A stretch of 64,000 bases of DNA, taken from Ophelia neglecta (lineage: Eukaryota). This document shows, piece after piece, positions 35,841-49,172 of the stretch (positions within the stretch are counted from its first letter, which is position 1; each line of letters opens with the position of its first letter). The notes under the pieces were generated by a model. It was not told the origin of the DNA and searched no databases. It saw nothing but the letters and a program-made list of their open reading frames with translations. The position numbers were made by a program, and so were the translations under genes. The stretch spans positions 62,434,001-62,498,000 of the forward strand of contig OZ260661.1 of the NCBI GenBank assembly GCA_965285935.1. The letters are read 5' to 3'.

Positions 35841-38800
35841 ATTTTAATTGGTTTACTGGCATGATATACAAATGATATAAAGATAAGATCCAAATGCCTC
35901 CTGTAAATTGATTTTTAAATAATGTTGGGCTGAAATTTTATCGAGATTCTCAGGGTGTTTAAAAATTTTTTAATGCGATGTTTCTGTATTTATGCACCTT
36001 TATCTTAAACTTTTTCTTGCGGCTTTGTTGAACACCATTCAACCAACTAATCCTATTTGCAATAACAGACCAGAATCAGTCGTATACAATCAGATAAGTG
36101 CACACGTGCGTGGTGATTAATAATTAATTAGTGGCTAAGCCAGGCAGCCACAGAATTTCATGTAGAAATTAATTATATCTGAATAATATCGATTGTCAAT
36201 TGTCTTGCCCCACTCACCATCCCCAATGTGGCCTTTATATAAAAGCTATTGAATAAGAGACCTCAGGTCAGGAGAATGAAAAGACTATACAACAGCTGTA
36301 TTTTTTTAAGTACATTTTTAACCATCAGGTTTCCATCTCATAATGAATAGTCGGGGAGAGAGAAGGGCGTGGAGGCATGTGGAAAGGGGAAGAGAGCGTG
36401 GGTGGGGGTATGGCGAGTGAAATAGAGATAAGAGGGAGATGGACTGAAGCGTATGGACGGAGGGAGAAGCATGTTACAAAACACATCTTAATTCTTTCAA
36501 ATCAGCACAGCATTTTTCACTTATGCGAATGCTATTACAAAGAGATCAATGTTTTATTTAGGCTGTGGCGCCAGCAGGTGTATCTAGTGAAGAGACTTTC
36601 TAGGATCAACTGCGGTATATCATAAAGAGACAATCAGAAATCATTTCGGGCAAAAAGCCTTGTATTGTCCTTTATATGTCAATCACATATGTGTCTGCTA
36701 TAGAACCATTACTATATTTATTTCACAGCGCGTGGATTGTCCAGATCTCAAGATAATATTCAATAAAGAATTTGACATTTAATTTACTATGTCACTTAAA
36801 GGTATTGGTGTCGTAAAACATGGCAGACTCTTCAAAATACGATCCCAATAAATGTACTAATGGCAATTATCCACGGGGAAATACAAATTTTCTTAGATCC
36901 TAAGTGATAAAACGTGGCTTGATAGCCATAATCAATATTTGCTCATCTAGAGCAGCCATATCTAATCTAAATATGCACGGCGTAGAGTGACAACGGAAGC
37001 ATATTTCTTCCATTTCCATCGTTAATGGGTTAGGCCAAGAAAAATAAACTTTTGTTTCTGATCGGAGAAAAAGGGACAATTGACCCGTCAACAAGGGTGT
37101 TTTCTTTTTTCGAATTTAGTTTTAACGCTAAAACCAATCCTCCAACGCCAGCACAGTTGAACATTTTATTGGCAATTGCGGGTGCATAATCATGAATTTC
37201 TGATTATGTTATTTTCTGAAATTTTGGAGACCCGCACGAAAACCGAAAACATAGTCTTTTGTCTTATTGGCCCTATCTCATTTCGTAATCAACAAACCGT
37301 TGAAAATGTTAACGCTGTGCAAGCCAAATTCACCTCCTTGTCTAAAGAGGTTGACATTTTCTTTAATATTCTTTAAGCACGTGCACTCAGGCCAAACTTA
37401 GCAGATGGCATGGAACAAAATAGCATGTGAAATGTGTTTGGTTTGGTGTCAAACGTACCCCCGCATCGATCGATGGTTTCCACAGCAGATATTTTATCAA
37501 TCACAAGTTTATTCAAGGTTCGTTCTCAGGTAATTTCCAACTAGCTCGATTACTTGATGGGCCGGTCGAATAGGAAAGAGATGGCTCAGAATGCAACTAG
37601 TCAATTTTAAAATGTTGATTACAGATCTGAGAGAAAGGATGAAAAACGCGACAAATTAGTATTCAAAGTATCCAGTTTCCAAATAACCTATCAAAATTAA
37701 GTTCAACTTTATAGGCTATTTAGTAACATGCGCAATATTGATTGTTGGTGCAGAAAAAAAAAACTAATGGGCCTATGGAGAAAACAGATGTTATTTGCTC
37801 GCCGTGTTGCTGGATTTATTACATTCACGGCTAATGGATTAGTGTTTATGTATGGAACTTCGTGAACTCCAATATATTTGTCTTCATCACCGTATGTCAA
37901 TTCATGCAATATGTCTATCTAGAATAAACAACAGAATGATGTTAAACATATTAACTATATCATTACTTGGGCATGTGCTTTCATTACAAGTTCAGGTAGC
38001 ACGTCAGCAGGGAATACCATTTAAAGGGACAGCTCATGCAGAAGTTATAGTCATGAGCCATCGTGGACAGGAAGTTGTTTCGAATAATAGGCCTAATCCC
38101 CTGTTGTTTTGTACGGAATATATATATACGCTACTGTGCAATCCCAGAAACCGTAGAGAAATCAACGATAGATGGTAAACGCTTACCAAAACCATCAGGG
38201 AACTAAGTCAGTACCGAATATTGTGTACGTTATCAGGAATTTATACTTTAATTAAAAAAAAAATCTAGTTGAACATCTTCTGCTGCTTGAATAACTACAG
38301 TCGTGCCCCCTGAGATTTGATGGACGTGCGGACAATATATGTTTGTTGTAATTCGAAGTCGAGAGAGGTGCACATGAAATCAGCGATTTCAGCCTGCAAA
38401 TTAGCTTTTTCCGGATGTGATACATGGAGAGGCGTGCTCTAGAAACACGGATTTATTTACCATCAATTAATCTCGACAAGCCCTATATTTATGCGTAATG
38501 GTTCAATTTTAACAACGTCGTGTATTGAAAGCAATTTGCCGTTTGTATTTGTTAAAGGGTGCATGGCAACTACAACGCAATGCTGTCTCTTCCTCCACTC
38601 TGAACTCCGTACTTTACGACGCGGGTTCAGTTCACAAGGATGCCTTGGTCTGGAAGAGAGGAGCTTACTATCGTTTCTTAGATTCCATGGCCAACTGGCG
38701 CCAGAATAACCTTGACCGTGGAACAAGACATGACTAGAGTGCACTCTTTATCAGTTTAAAGAGATACTGAACCATTAATCTGCAATGAATGTCGAAGGCA

Positions 38801-39175
38801 AGCAAACCCAGTATGGACTAGCCATGATTGTTTCTATACATAACAAGACATCATGTCATCATCCAAGGCGATAAAAACACACCGTTCTAGGCCTAATAGC
38901 CTAGTTAAAAGGGCAGTTTGGAGCAAGGTTTGTGCTTACCGGATATATAATTACTTTACCAGACTCACAGATCAAAGTCTCATCTTTTTTAAAATCGCCA
39001 CGCTGCGAACTACCAAAACGGCTCTAAGGTGCCTCTTAAAATGTTTTACGCTTATGTGGTATTGCTCAGTGGGTAACTGGAGGTATAAATTGACAGCGTT
39101 ATGAGGTGATATAATTGCGAGGTGGACCTAGATGGCAGACAGAGCATCTTTTGTTACCAACCGGGATTGGAATAA

Positions 39176-40387
39176 ATGAAGATGACCCATTTCCCGAACG
39201 TGTCAAGGCAAACGACTATAATGCATTCAGTCGGAGTTTCATCAAATCTGTCGGATGATGCGCAGTTTGATTTAAACAGCACATCTACGTGGACATACAA
39301 CGGACAAGATTTGAATATTAGTCATTCATTATCAAAAACGATCTGGAGAGTTGGTTCCCCTATTCTTATAATATTTGGATTGGTTGGAAATGTCATATGT
39401 GCATTTGTAATGAGGCGAAAGAAAATGAGAAGTTCCATAACAAGTTTGTACTTCATGGTTTTAGCATTCGTGGATATTGGCGTTCTGTTGGTCGCCTTTA
39501 CATACAATTGGCTACGGTACGGGTACTCGGTTGATTTGCAGACTCATTCCGTGGTTGCTTGTAAACTGCATAAGACTGCTCTCTTCTTCTGTGTCCATTT
39601 CGATGCGTGGGTGTTAGTCAGTGTGACATTTGAGAGATTTGCAGCAGTTGCTATGCCCCTGCAAAGAAAGGCAAAAGTTACACGCAAAAAGGCTAAAGTG
39701 AACCTCATGATTATGGCAGCACTGCTTTTTGTCATTAATGCGCATTTTTTATGGGACACAGAGCTGGTTACATCCGCGGAAGGATTGGTCACGTGCACAT
39801 ATAATGAGCAGTATGGCGGATACTGCGGTACGTACGGCAAAGCGTGGTCGTATGTGGATCTATTTCTTTCCTCTCTCGTGCCGTTTGTGTTCATGTTGGT
39901 AATGAATTCAGTGATTATCTGCAAACTTTACGAGTCCAGCCGTTTTAGAAGTAAGCAACAAATGAGGACTATTCTGTCATTAGGTGGAGGTGAAAAAGCC
40001 GCACGAATTCAGTCTATCAGATATGCAAAACCGATGGCAATTTTGCTTCTGGCTGTGACATTTGTATTCATTGTGCTTACCGCTCCGATCTGCATTATAA
40101 TTCTTTTGGGAAAACAAGAATTTTGCGAAATAGCCAAAGATCCGAAAGACTTGGATTATGTATACGTCACATGGGCAATTGGGAACATTGTTGCTTACTC
40201 AAACAATTCAATAAATTTCCTACTCTACTGTCTGAGTGGGCGGCGATTTCGAGAGGAGCTAAAGAAAATGGTACTCGTCTGTGATGAAAGAGACCCAGAA
40301 GATTTAGTCGAAATAAGAGAACCCGCAAACAGAAACCAACTATTGCTGAAGCCTAGTCATAATTTGAATCCTCTAGAAAAAGGTTGA
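39176..40387 (+). CDS. Rhodopsin-family (class A) peptide GPCR, FMRFamide-receptor-like group, intronless
   Basis: 403 aa with 7 hydrophobic segments; GLVGN, LAFVD, C-K in TM3, ERF (DRY variant), VPF, NNSINFLLYCLSGRRFR. Confidence 0.92.
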   Translation: MKMTHFPNVSRQTTIMHSVGVSSNLSDDAQFDLNSTSTWTYNGQDLNISHSLSKTIWRVGSPILIIFGLVGNVICAFVMRRKKMRSSITSLYFMVLAFVDIGVLLVAFTYNWLRYGYSVDLQTHSVVACKLHKTALFFCVHFDAWVLVSVTFERFAAVAMPLQRKAKVTRKKAKVNLMIMAALLFVINAHFLWDTELVTSAEGLVTCTYNEQYGGYCGTYGKAWSYVDLFLSSLVPFVFMLVMNSVIICKLYESSRFRSKQQMRTILSLGGGEKAARIQSIRYAKPMAILLLAVTFVFIVLTAPICIIILLGKQEFCEIAKDPKDLDYVYVTWAIGNIVAYSNNSINFLLYCLSGRRFREELKKMVLVCDERDPEDLVEIREPANRNQLLLKPSHNLNPLEKG

Positions 40388-43300
40388 GCTGCAACGACCT
40401 TTGTCCGCCCAAATGTTGTTATCAGGTCTAAATATACCGAGTCAATGCAGAAATCGGAAACTTACTGAGGGAGAATTTATTAACATACTCAACATGATGC
40501 GCGTATATTTTACAGTATATATATCAAACTGCTTCCCGTGTATTAACGTTCTGAACATCTTCATTGACCTTAGTTGCTATTGCCTACAAACAAGTGCTTT
40601 CTCGTTGTAAGGCTTTGAACAAGCAGACTTTTCCACGGGAGCATTAACAAGTTGGTAAATTATCTAGGGTAAGGCACCGAATAAGTCATGTTATTATCTT
40701 CTGTAAACTTTAACCCTGCTCACAGACGGCGACAAGTTACTCAAGTAAAATAGATCACTCGCTAGGCTATATCGATCTTAGCAGGGTAAAACTTTCTAGC
40801 GCAGTTTAAATTATCCGTGGTAGGCTGTCAACATGTAGTAAGTGAAATTACGTAATCAAATTCATGTTTTTAAAAATAAACTTTGTTTTTGCTGTGCTTC
40901 CTGGTCATTCTGTGCTACAGTTAGCTTCCATTGTTACCGGTCTAAAATAAACACTTTAACCAGAATGATTGATATTGATGCTGAAAAGGCCAGTGGAATA
41001 GATACCCACGGGACGAAATCAGTCTTATATTCGTGAAATCCCGTCCTTATCACACAAACTTATAAGGGACCATCAATTGCAGACAAATCTAAATCGAATG
41101 TCTGTAGGCTTACCCATAAATAAATTGCAATTCGCCAACGCTTAGCGGTCGTTTGGCAACATGTACTGAACTTTTTTCGCAAATAGGACCACATGAAAAT
41201 TGGCCAAAGAAAGCATTAATCGGCTGTAGGGACAACAATTGAGGCATGTATGTTGTACTATCTCTACTCCCTTGATTATATTACAGACCCATATTCAGTA
41301 ACTCAAATTAATAATTATATATCACAATCCGATTGTTAATGGCGAGACTTAAGTATGCAAGAGATATTTTTTAATGAAAACAATAATTGTGAAATGTCAA
41401 AGAGATTACTATAATTTTAGCATTAGAATTTTTAGGCTCTGGCTGAGCAGTCATGAATTCTATAGTTAATAATTGTCTAAATCATAATTCAAGCAGCATT
41501 ATAATTATATTTTGACATTAAAATAAGTGAACCTCCTGAACAAAGACCCGAAGCGTTCTGATTTTTGAGCGCGAGGCCCGATCGACGATTGTCTGAACAG
41601 GCACGAACAGGCATTAAAAGTTACTATAAAAAATATAATAAATAATACCTATTGATCTATTATATAATAATAAAAAGGCACGAGCAGTCATTAAAAGTTA
41701 CCATAAAAATATATAATAGGCGTATTTATAAAACCTATTTGACTTTTATATAATAATAGACACGAGATTTGTTCCCACTGTTTATAGAACATTTTATATA
41801 GTAGAATAATAAGACTCACAAAAGCTATTAAAGGCATAATTTTGTCAATTACAATGTCAATTACAATGGTTTCCTTTTTAGGGCAGTCCTTAGGCTCTCT
41901 TGAGCTACTCCGAAAGTGCAAATACGAAATAAATGTCCGCGATATGTAACGAGTGAGGTGGTTCATAGGCCCCAACCATAACAATGGAATTATATGAGCT
42001 GAGCTTGCTAACGGTTGGCGCCGCTACTTAAAGTTTCCATTTTTCGGAACAGAACAGCAACACCATAGGCACTCGCTAGTAATGGAAAGGTGAAATGGCC
42101 AAGGCCGTCACATTTCAGCCAAATGTGCTCACAAGATAATAAATTTAGTTCGGAACCTTATGGGAATCGTAGTGCCGGAACATTGTATCTAACTTGTGTG
42201 TTAGGATAAATATGCATTAACACACTCGCGCCATTGAGCACGGTAACGGCCGATACCGTATCCTTCATGGCGAGCACCAAATATGACGAAATAGTTCCTT
42301 AATTATTCTGCTCTTTCTATATATAACTCATGCGCTGGAATCTTGTTCATATGAAGTGAACTGTCAATGTGGCCTTTGTGTCAAGTTTCCCAAAGGAGAT
42401 GAGTGCAAAGCATTATGTCAAATTTGAACTTGGGAACGCTATCTTATCTTGACAATATCCGTCTCTTTCCTTATCAGCTAGATCTAGGTCCAACTTCCTT
42501 CTCTGTTTTGAATTTGAAATACAACTAAGGCAGGCTTTGTACTTCGTAAAACTATATCACGAGATACAATATGGCTGTCGAAATTAGTAATATTGAAGAA
42601 TCAAGAGCATAGCTGTGTAAAATCTACTGCTGTAATTATGCTCAAATATTGTGGTTCGCCATGAGTGATACGGGTTTTGCCTTTACCATGCTCAGTGGTG
42701 CGCATGTGATTATGGGTTGGAAAGAGGATCTTAGAAGACAGTGTGTTTGGGTCGACATAGATTCGGAGCGCGTAGGCCTATATGCATTAAGTCGTTAAGT
42801 AGTGAACTTAACAGTGAACCGTGCCTTAACGAAAACCTCTAGATTAAGGCCACCTATCTATCCAGACCAATAAGTGTAGAACCATATTGTATATCCTTGT
42901 TGCTTATTGTATAAAATTTGTAAATAAGCTATTCTAACATACCACGTCTATAAACAAGACAATATTTTTCATTCCCTGGGAGAGTTTTTAGTCACAGGTT
43001 TCACCTATTTTTGTAAAATATAAAATATTCTATTATGACGTAGAATTGTCACGAATTGATACAGAAACATCCGGCGACACATGTAGAGAACAGTAGGTCC
43101 TCTTTTCACACGCTAAAATGGATGTTAATTATGAACACTCACTAACTCCACCAATCTTGTGTGAGGTAGCCTTGTCATTCACATGCATATTTTCCTTGGG
43201 AATTCGTGAAAATAATACAATAATTTCATGCGTGATTTGGTTACATGACCCCCTCCCCCTCCCAATGGGGTTCTCACAAATTTTGTGAGCCCCCCTCCCC

Positions 43301-43785
43301 CACATCTGATGGCGTCACAATTCTTTGACCCCCCCCACCCCCCCTCCAATAATAATTAAATACACCCGCCTTCATAATCTAAAACAGGCCTGTTATGCAC
43401 AGGTCTATTGATTTGATGCGAAAAGGGGATTAAAGCCACCGTTATTGCGAGTACGTACTCGTTCTTATGGTATTGAACTTGGTTCTATGATATGAGAATA
43501 CGCAAAGTGACGTAATCACGTGTATTGTGCATGAAAGCAGCACCCGGGTCACTGTGCGTTTTTCTTGAACCACTTGGAATAAAACCAGTATTCAAGTGCG
43601 AACATTCGTTATACAGGAAAAAAATCATTACAATATGACGCTGCGTTTTCTGCATTCAAAGCGAATCACCAGCATGCGAATCACTTTATATGAAGAGTAA
43701 TCATACACTTTTGATGGTTCATACACGCACGTACGTGTTTGGTTTATGGTGAATAATATATTTGTATTCAGACAAGTAGGCTATC

Positions 43786-46700
43786 ATGCCATTCGGGTGG
43801 ATTTGTGATAGGAAATGGCGACGAATGATCTCCTCGAAATCAGCTTTACTCGCTGGCATCATTCTTTATTTCTTTGTGACAAAAGTTCTTTGTAAGTATA
43901 AGTGTTTTTTATGTTTCTTTATGTTTAAGATAAATATCCAACCGGTAAACAGCGGTACTGCCATAGTGACAGCAATGCAATTGCTTGCGTGTTTCTTTGA
44001 GTATTATGGTTATCCTGTTTTTAAAGTATATTATGTTTATTTTTAGGTGTTCTAGTGGTATGTCCTCATAATAAAGTGCAATTGATCGTTAATACAATTT
44101 GTCTAGTTTTTTTTATCTATTAGATTATTGTCCCAGTCAGCTTTGATGCATTGCATATACTTGAGCGAATGATACATACCTACTCTATAGTGTAGTCCTA
44201 CGCATGAATGATAATACTTGACATTACCAACAATGGCAGACAGTTTAAGCGCAGTGAACACAGGACCTTTGTAGTCCAATTCGCATCCCACCAAAAGCAG
44301 GTCAGCCCTCCAGTAGCCTATTACCTTTGAAAATGACAATTGAATTCAGCCAATTTACTTTACGTATAAATACTTTCAGACTAAATTTTCAAGGAAACTA
44401 GGCTAAAAGATAAGGGTAGTAATCATTATTTTAGACTGTCCGCTTAATTTTAGATATCTCCAATAAGTGTATTGAAGGCAATCCGATTTCCTTTTTTATT
44501 AAGTTACTGACTTGCACTTCTTCCGTTTGCCATCATGTTATTTTAAGTATATGAAACATAATTAAAATACGACGTAATCCGAAAATGCATTTCTCGAATC
44601 GGACATATATACAAGAAAGTCGGTGCTCAGTAAGAACAGGTATTGTGCCGAAACTAAGACAGTGAACAATTTGCCCTCTGATACAATCGCTGGACGAAAT
44701 AATCGATTGTTCTCCATAGGCCTACCTCATTTGGATTATGCATACAAAATAAGAGAGTGGATCGACGTGTTGTGGCTTGTTCATGTCAGAATATAATTAT
44801 AAACTGTTCCTTTGAATATGACTATAAATTTTAGGCTTATGCGTAATTAAGATGCACATGTTAAATTCTGAATGTGCCAAAATAACGCGGTCGGTATTCG
44901 TACACTAGGTCTACAGAATAAAAACTTGTAAACTAAAATCCTGCAATTATAAAAATAATTTCACCAGTTACGTTAGAGTTTGTAAACACGTAGCCTAAGG
45001 TTAATACGTACAATGCGTTAATAAGTTCGTTGCTCACTATCTTAACTATCACTATATGGAACGAAAAAACAAGACCTGAATGCAAATGCATTGTCAGCTG
45101 CACATTGGCAATTTTCATTCGGAAAACTGGTAGAATATGAATATGAATCCGCACTGATACATTTATATATGTTAATCTCTTCTCGCAAGTCTAATGTATT
45201 CACTCAATGTCACTCTATTCAAAGTTTAGTCACAGAAGTGGCAATAATAAGCCTCGCCGAAGTTGGGACACAATTCCATATGCATACCGTGTTTATGAAC
45301 GGAGTGACCTTGAGTGTAAAACATCAAAAACGGTTTAGGACGGAAAATAGCTGTGAAATTTGCTACACGAGCTTGGGCGATACACGAAATTACACGACTA
45401 AACCCTCACACCTATCTTTTTTTTGAGTATACAAATTCTTGGTCACGTCGTTTTTACGTCAGCGTAGAAAAATCCAATCAAATGCAATAAAATGATGACA
45501 ATCTACCTTTTAATGCTTTAGTTAGTATTATATTACGTTATTATCTACTGGAAGGGCATGTCGTTCCCTTTAACCGCTAGTTCATTACATGTATCAATTT
45601 ACGTAAAGTTGTCTTTTATATTTTAGTTGTCCAGAGACAACTGAGGAATAGCTCGGACTTGAATCAAAATGACAATACGTCATGGCCAGTGGGCTCGCAG
45701 CAACAGGTATGAAGTTAAGAAAAATATATGTATGTTTAATTATATCACATCCCCAGCGAGTGGCTTGCTAGCCCGGGGCAAGCTGTCTCAGGATCACGCA
45801 ACAACATTTCTGCCTGAGGCGGGTATCCCAATGTTGTATCTATAGGCCTATAGGCCTATTCAAGACTAATCATTCCGCTGTGAAAGAAGCCCGAGTATAA
45901 AACTATAGCCTTGCTTTCATCCGGATGTTAGAATCAGAGTAACCTGATTTATCAAGTTGTCAGTTTGGTATTAAGCAATGCCTGCAACCCATCAGTTTAT
46001 TTCCGCGAAAATTCAGATTCATCGTCTTTCAGTAATCATTTTCTGAATCCATCGTTCCAAGTTCTCAAGGAAAATCAGACACCGCAAAAGCATTTGCAAG
46101 TTAAGAGATAGCCTTATGACACATTCAACCTGAAGCCATATTGCTTGGCGTAGAGAGTATCTTTTTTTCTGTATAAAGGAAATAAGCCGATTATAATGAA
46201 TGTGTCGAAAAACATATGAGACATGTGTATAATTTGTAAACAGCTTAGCATCACCCCCTTAAATATTGACACAACCCTGGCAAATTTCTTTATTTCACGC
46301 GGAAAAAAACCTTAGGTGGTCGACAAATTAATAATATGCACAAGTGAGTCAATATTCAATTTTGCTTGCTTGCTTTTTAATTCGTTCTATGGTTATTTTG
46401 TTGATCTTGGTGAACCAATAATCATCACTGTTCATGTTGTGGACCCATTCCAAATCTTATATCTGAGTTCTTAATATAAACTTGAATATTAACCGTATTT
46501 CGTCTCATTCAGCGTCCAAGCGATTTCCCACCCCCTCAGACGGTGACTATACCAGGCAATGGAACTGCTAAGAAACCTAAATTAGTTCTTCTAGTCAGCT
46601 ACCAGAGAACTGGGTCTAGTTTCATAGGAAATCTATTTAATCAGAATCCTGGGGCGTTTTATGCTTTTGAGCCGCTCGATGGTCTGTATGTCAGCATGTA

Positions 46701-47939
46701 CGGCACTGCTCCAGGGTATAATGTACCATCAGATATCACCACCTTCTGGAACGGAACTCAACGGTAAGATAATTCAATTTTGATTGCCATTGTGATATAA
46801 AAAATCTGTTCTTGGGTCATTGATAGTTTTGGAAGTTAAAAAACCCAATAGAAGAGGGAAACAATATTGGACAAATAATTATAGGACTCTATGTTTTCTT
46901 ACTACATATTTTTAAATTTATTATTTCATATGATTAAACGCTTTGACTATATATGCATGCTTATCCATATATAACACATCTCCTCAGCCCAATGCCAGCA
47001 TGGGAGAATCGGGCCATTGTGGACGCGCTGGACGCACTTCTCAACTGCCAGCACTTAGACTCTCTCCCCACAGAAATGTTACTACACGACTTTTGGAATG
47101 GTTACAAATACGACCACAGAAACATTGGGAAGTTTTTACAGTGTTTAAGGGACAGCAGAGCTACCTCAATCGGAACACTGTGTCTTACTGAATCCAGTAA
47201 GGTTCAAATTACTTGCGGGCATTGGTTTGGACAACGTGTAAAGGCGTTTGAAATATGCCCGAAAAACCTCTGGCCATTTGCTAACAGGACTCGAACTGAT
47301 CGGACGTTTGCGGCCTATGTGAGTTGTATAGACAGGCAAAGGCCTACGGTGAAAAAATGTGTGCCATTTATGGAAGAGGTGTGTCGAAAATCTCTTCTGC
47401 GTGCTACAAAAGTAGTACGACCTACCATGCAGTCAATACCAGATCTCATGAAGAAATATCCAGACAGTTTAAAAATATTGCATCTTTTCCGGAGACCTCA
47501 TTCTGTGGTGAAATCTCGACAAAAGTTCTCTAGTGTTCATGGCCATTCGTCCCCATCGCAGGACATGGCAAAAGAGGCTCGGCTTTACTGTAGAGAAGCT
47601 GTCAAGGACATAAAACTAAGAAAAACACTCGAAGAAAAGTACCCACGTTCCTTCAAGCAGCTGATTTATGAGGAGTTTGTGGCCAACCAATCCGGGATAG
47701 TCAAAGAAATATATGATTTCCTCGAAGAGCCACTGCCAGAAGAAGTGATGGCTTTCTTCAAAAACCAAACTTTTACTCCTGATAAAAAGAGTGGCTGGCT
47801 TATTCCTGAAACCGGCGGTGCAATCAATGACATCATTGATAAAGAATGTCAGGAATTGTACAAAGAACTCGAATATAGTTGGAAAAAGCATGGCAGCAAC
47901 GATAAAGGTGTTCTGCCCTTATCAAGTAAACAGAAATGA
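43786..47939 (+). CDS. Golgi carbohydrate sulfotransferase (CHST1/3/5-like, type II membrane)
   Basis: Exons 43786-43891 (N-terminal TM), 45627-45706, 46513-46763 (5'-PSB SYQRTGSSFIGNLFNQNPGAFYAFEPL), 46988-47939 (ATKVVR, ILHLFRRPHSVVKSR 3'-PB, IYEEFV). All phases are consistent. Confidence 0.88.
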
Positions 47940-49172
47940 GTAGAACCTGATATCATCGGACATCGGGTATTTTCGGACGGCTAGCTGTCGTCTGCCATTA
48001 TATCGATGCCAAAGCAATAAATTGTATTCTCTCAAAACCACATCTCCCGTGTTGTATCTTTTAGTACTGTTTATCTTTACGTTATGTTTTGCGACGAATA
48101 CGTACGTAGACTTGACCCATTTTTGTGGGATGTGATTAGTGGTTGGCATCTCCATAGACACGCCCTTTCTCTCACCTACCAATGTCCTTGACGTTGAACA
48201 GGACGCCGTCTATCACGCCAGGTCAGTCAGTTTATAACTATTACAAACACAGGAGTCACAACAAGATAGTTTATATTCGGTTTTATAAACCATGCCTGCT
48301 TCATTATAATTAAAACGCATTTAAAACATACATATCTTAGTATCCGGTTGCTAAAACAAAACTGTGTGAAGGTACCCTCAAGGTCAGAGAAAGATTTTTA
48401 TATCCAGGGGCATTATCGGACAATATTATTTCATGAAATACTGTAGTATAGTGCCTTCCGGTTAGTTTCTCAAGCCCAGTGTAGCAGTAGTGAGCGCACC
48501 AAGAAGCATAAAAGTATTCGATAATGGCCGGTTTTATATTTGGGTGCTAAATATTGGAGTGATCTCCACGAAAATGTAAAGACATGAACTGATTTGAAGT
48601 CTGATGTGTAGTTGCAGGGTTAAGGAGCGCCATGTAAATAAATTTTCCTTTGAACTTTTGAGGCTATCCTGTCACTATTTACACATATGCATAGTTTTGC
48701 CCCAACTGTGATGATATATAGGTAAGTTACTGGCTAGTGCGGGTTCTGATTTAGAACTTAATATGATATTTAATATATACATTTTGCAGTAGCTGATTTA
48801 CTCCCATCTTTGTCATTTGTGTTGGAGGCTCGTTAACATTAACGGATAATGCAAATATTGCGAGGAAAACTGTGAGTGTAATTACTATCATTGAAGATAA
48901 TGAAGAAGAAGAAAGGTAATATAATTTTTATTAAATCAACATCTCATTAGTGGTGTTTTCAAAGAAAATCTTCCTACGGGCTTAGGAAGGTCAAATCTAT
49001 TTTTCTAGAGACTGACATCTTTATAGGGGTTAAGTACACGTTGAAGACTTGACATGTAAATATAACCTAAGCATACACTGGAACAACGTTCAGTCGTAGT
49101 GTTTATGGTACAATATTAATATCACTAGGTCCATAATAAGACGTGCAACGAAGTCCCATTTCAACTGAGCCG

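Noticed and set aside
36796-37377. Possible TTAA-flanked Kolobok-like MITE
   Set aside because: Terminal inverted match too weak to support.
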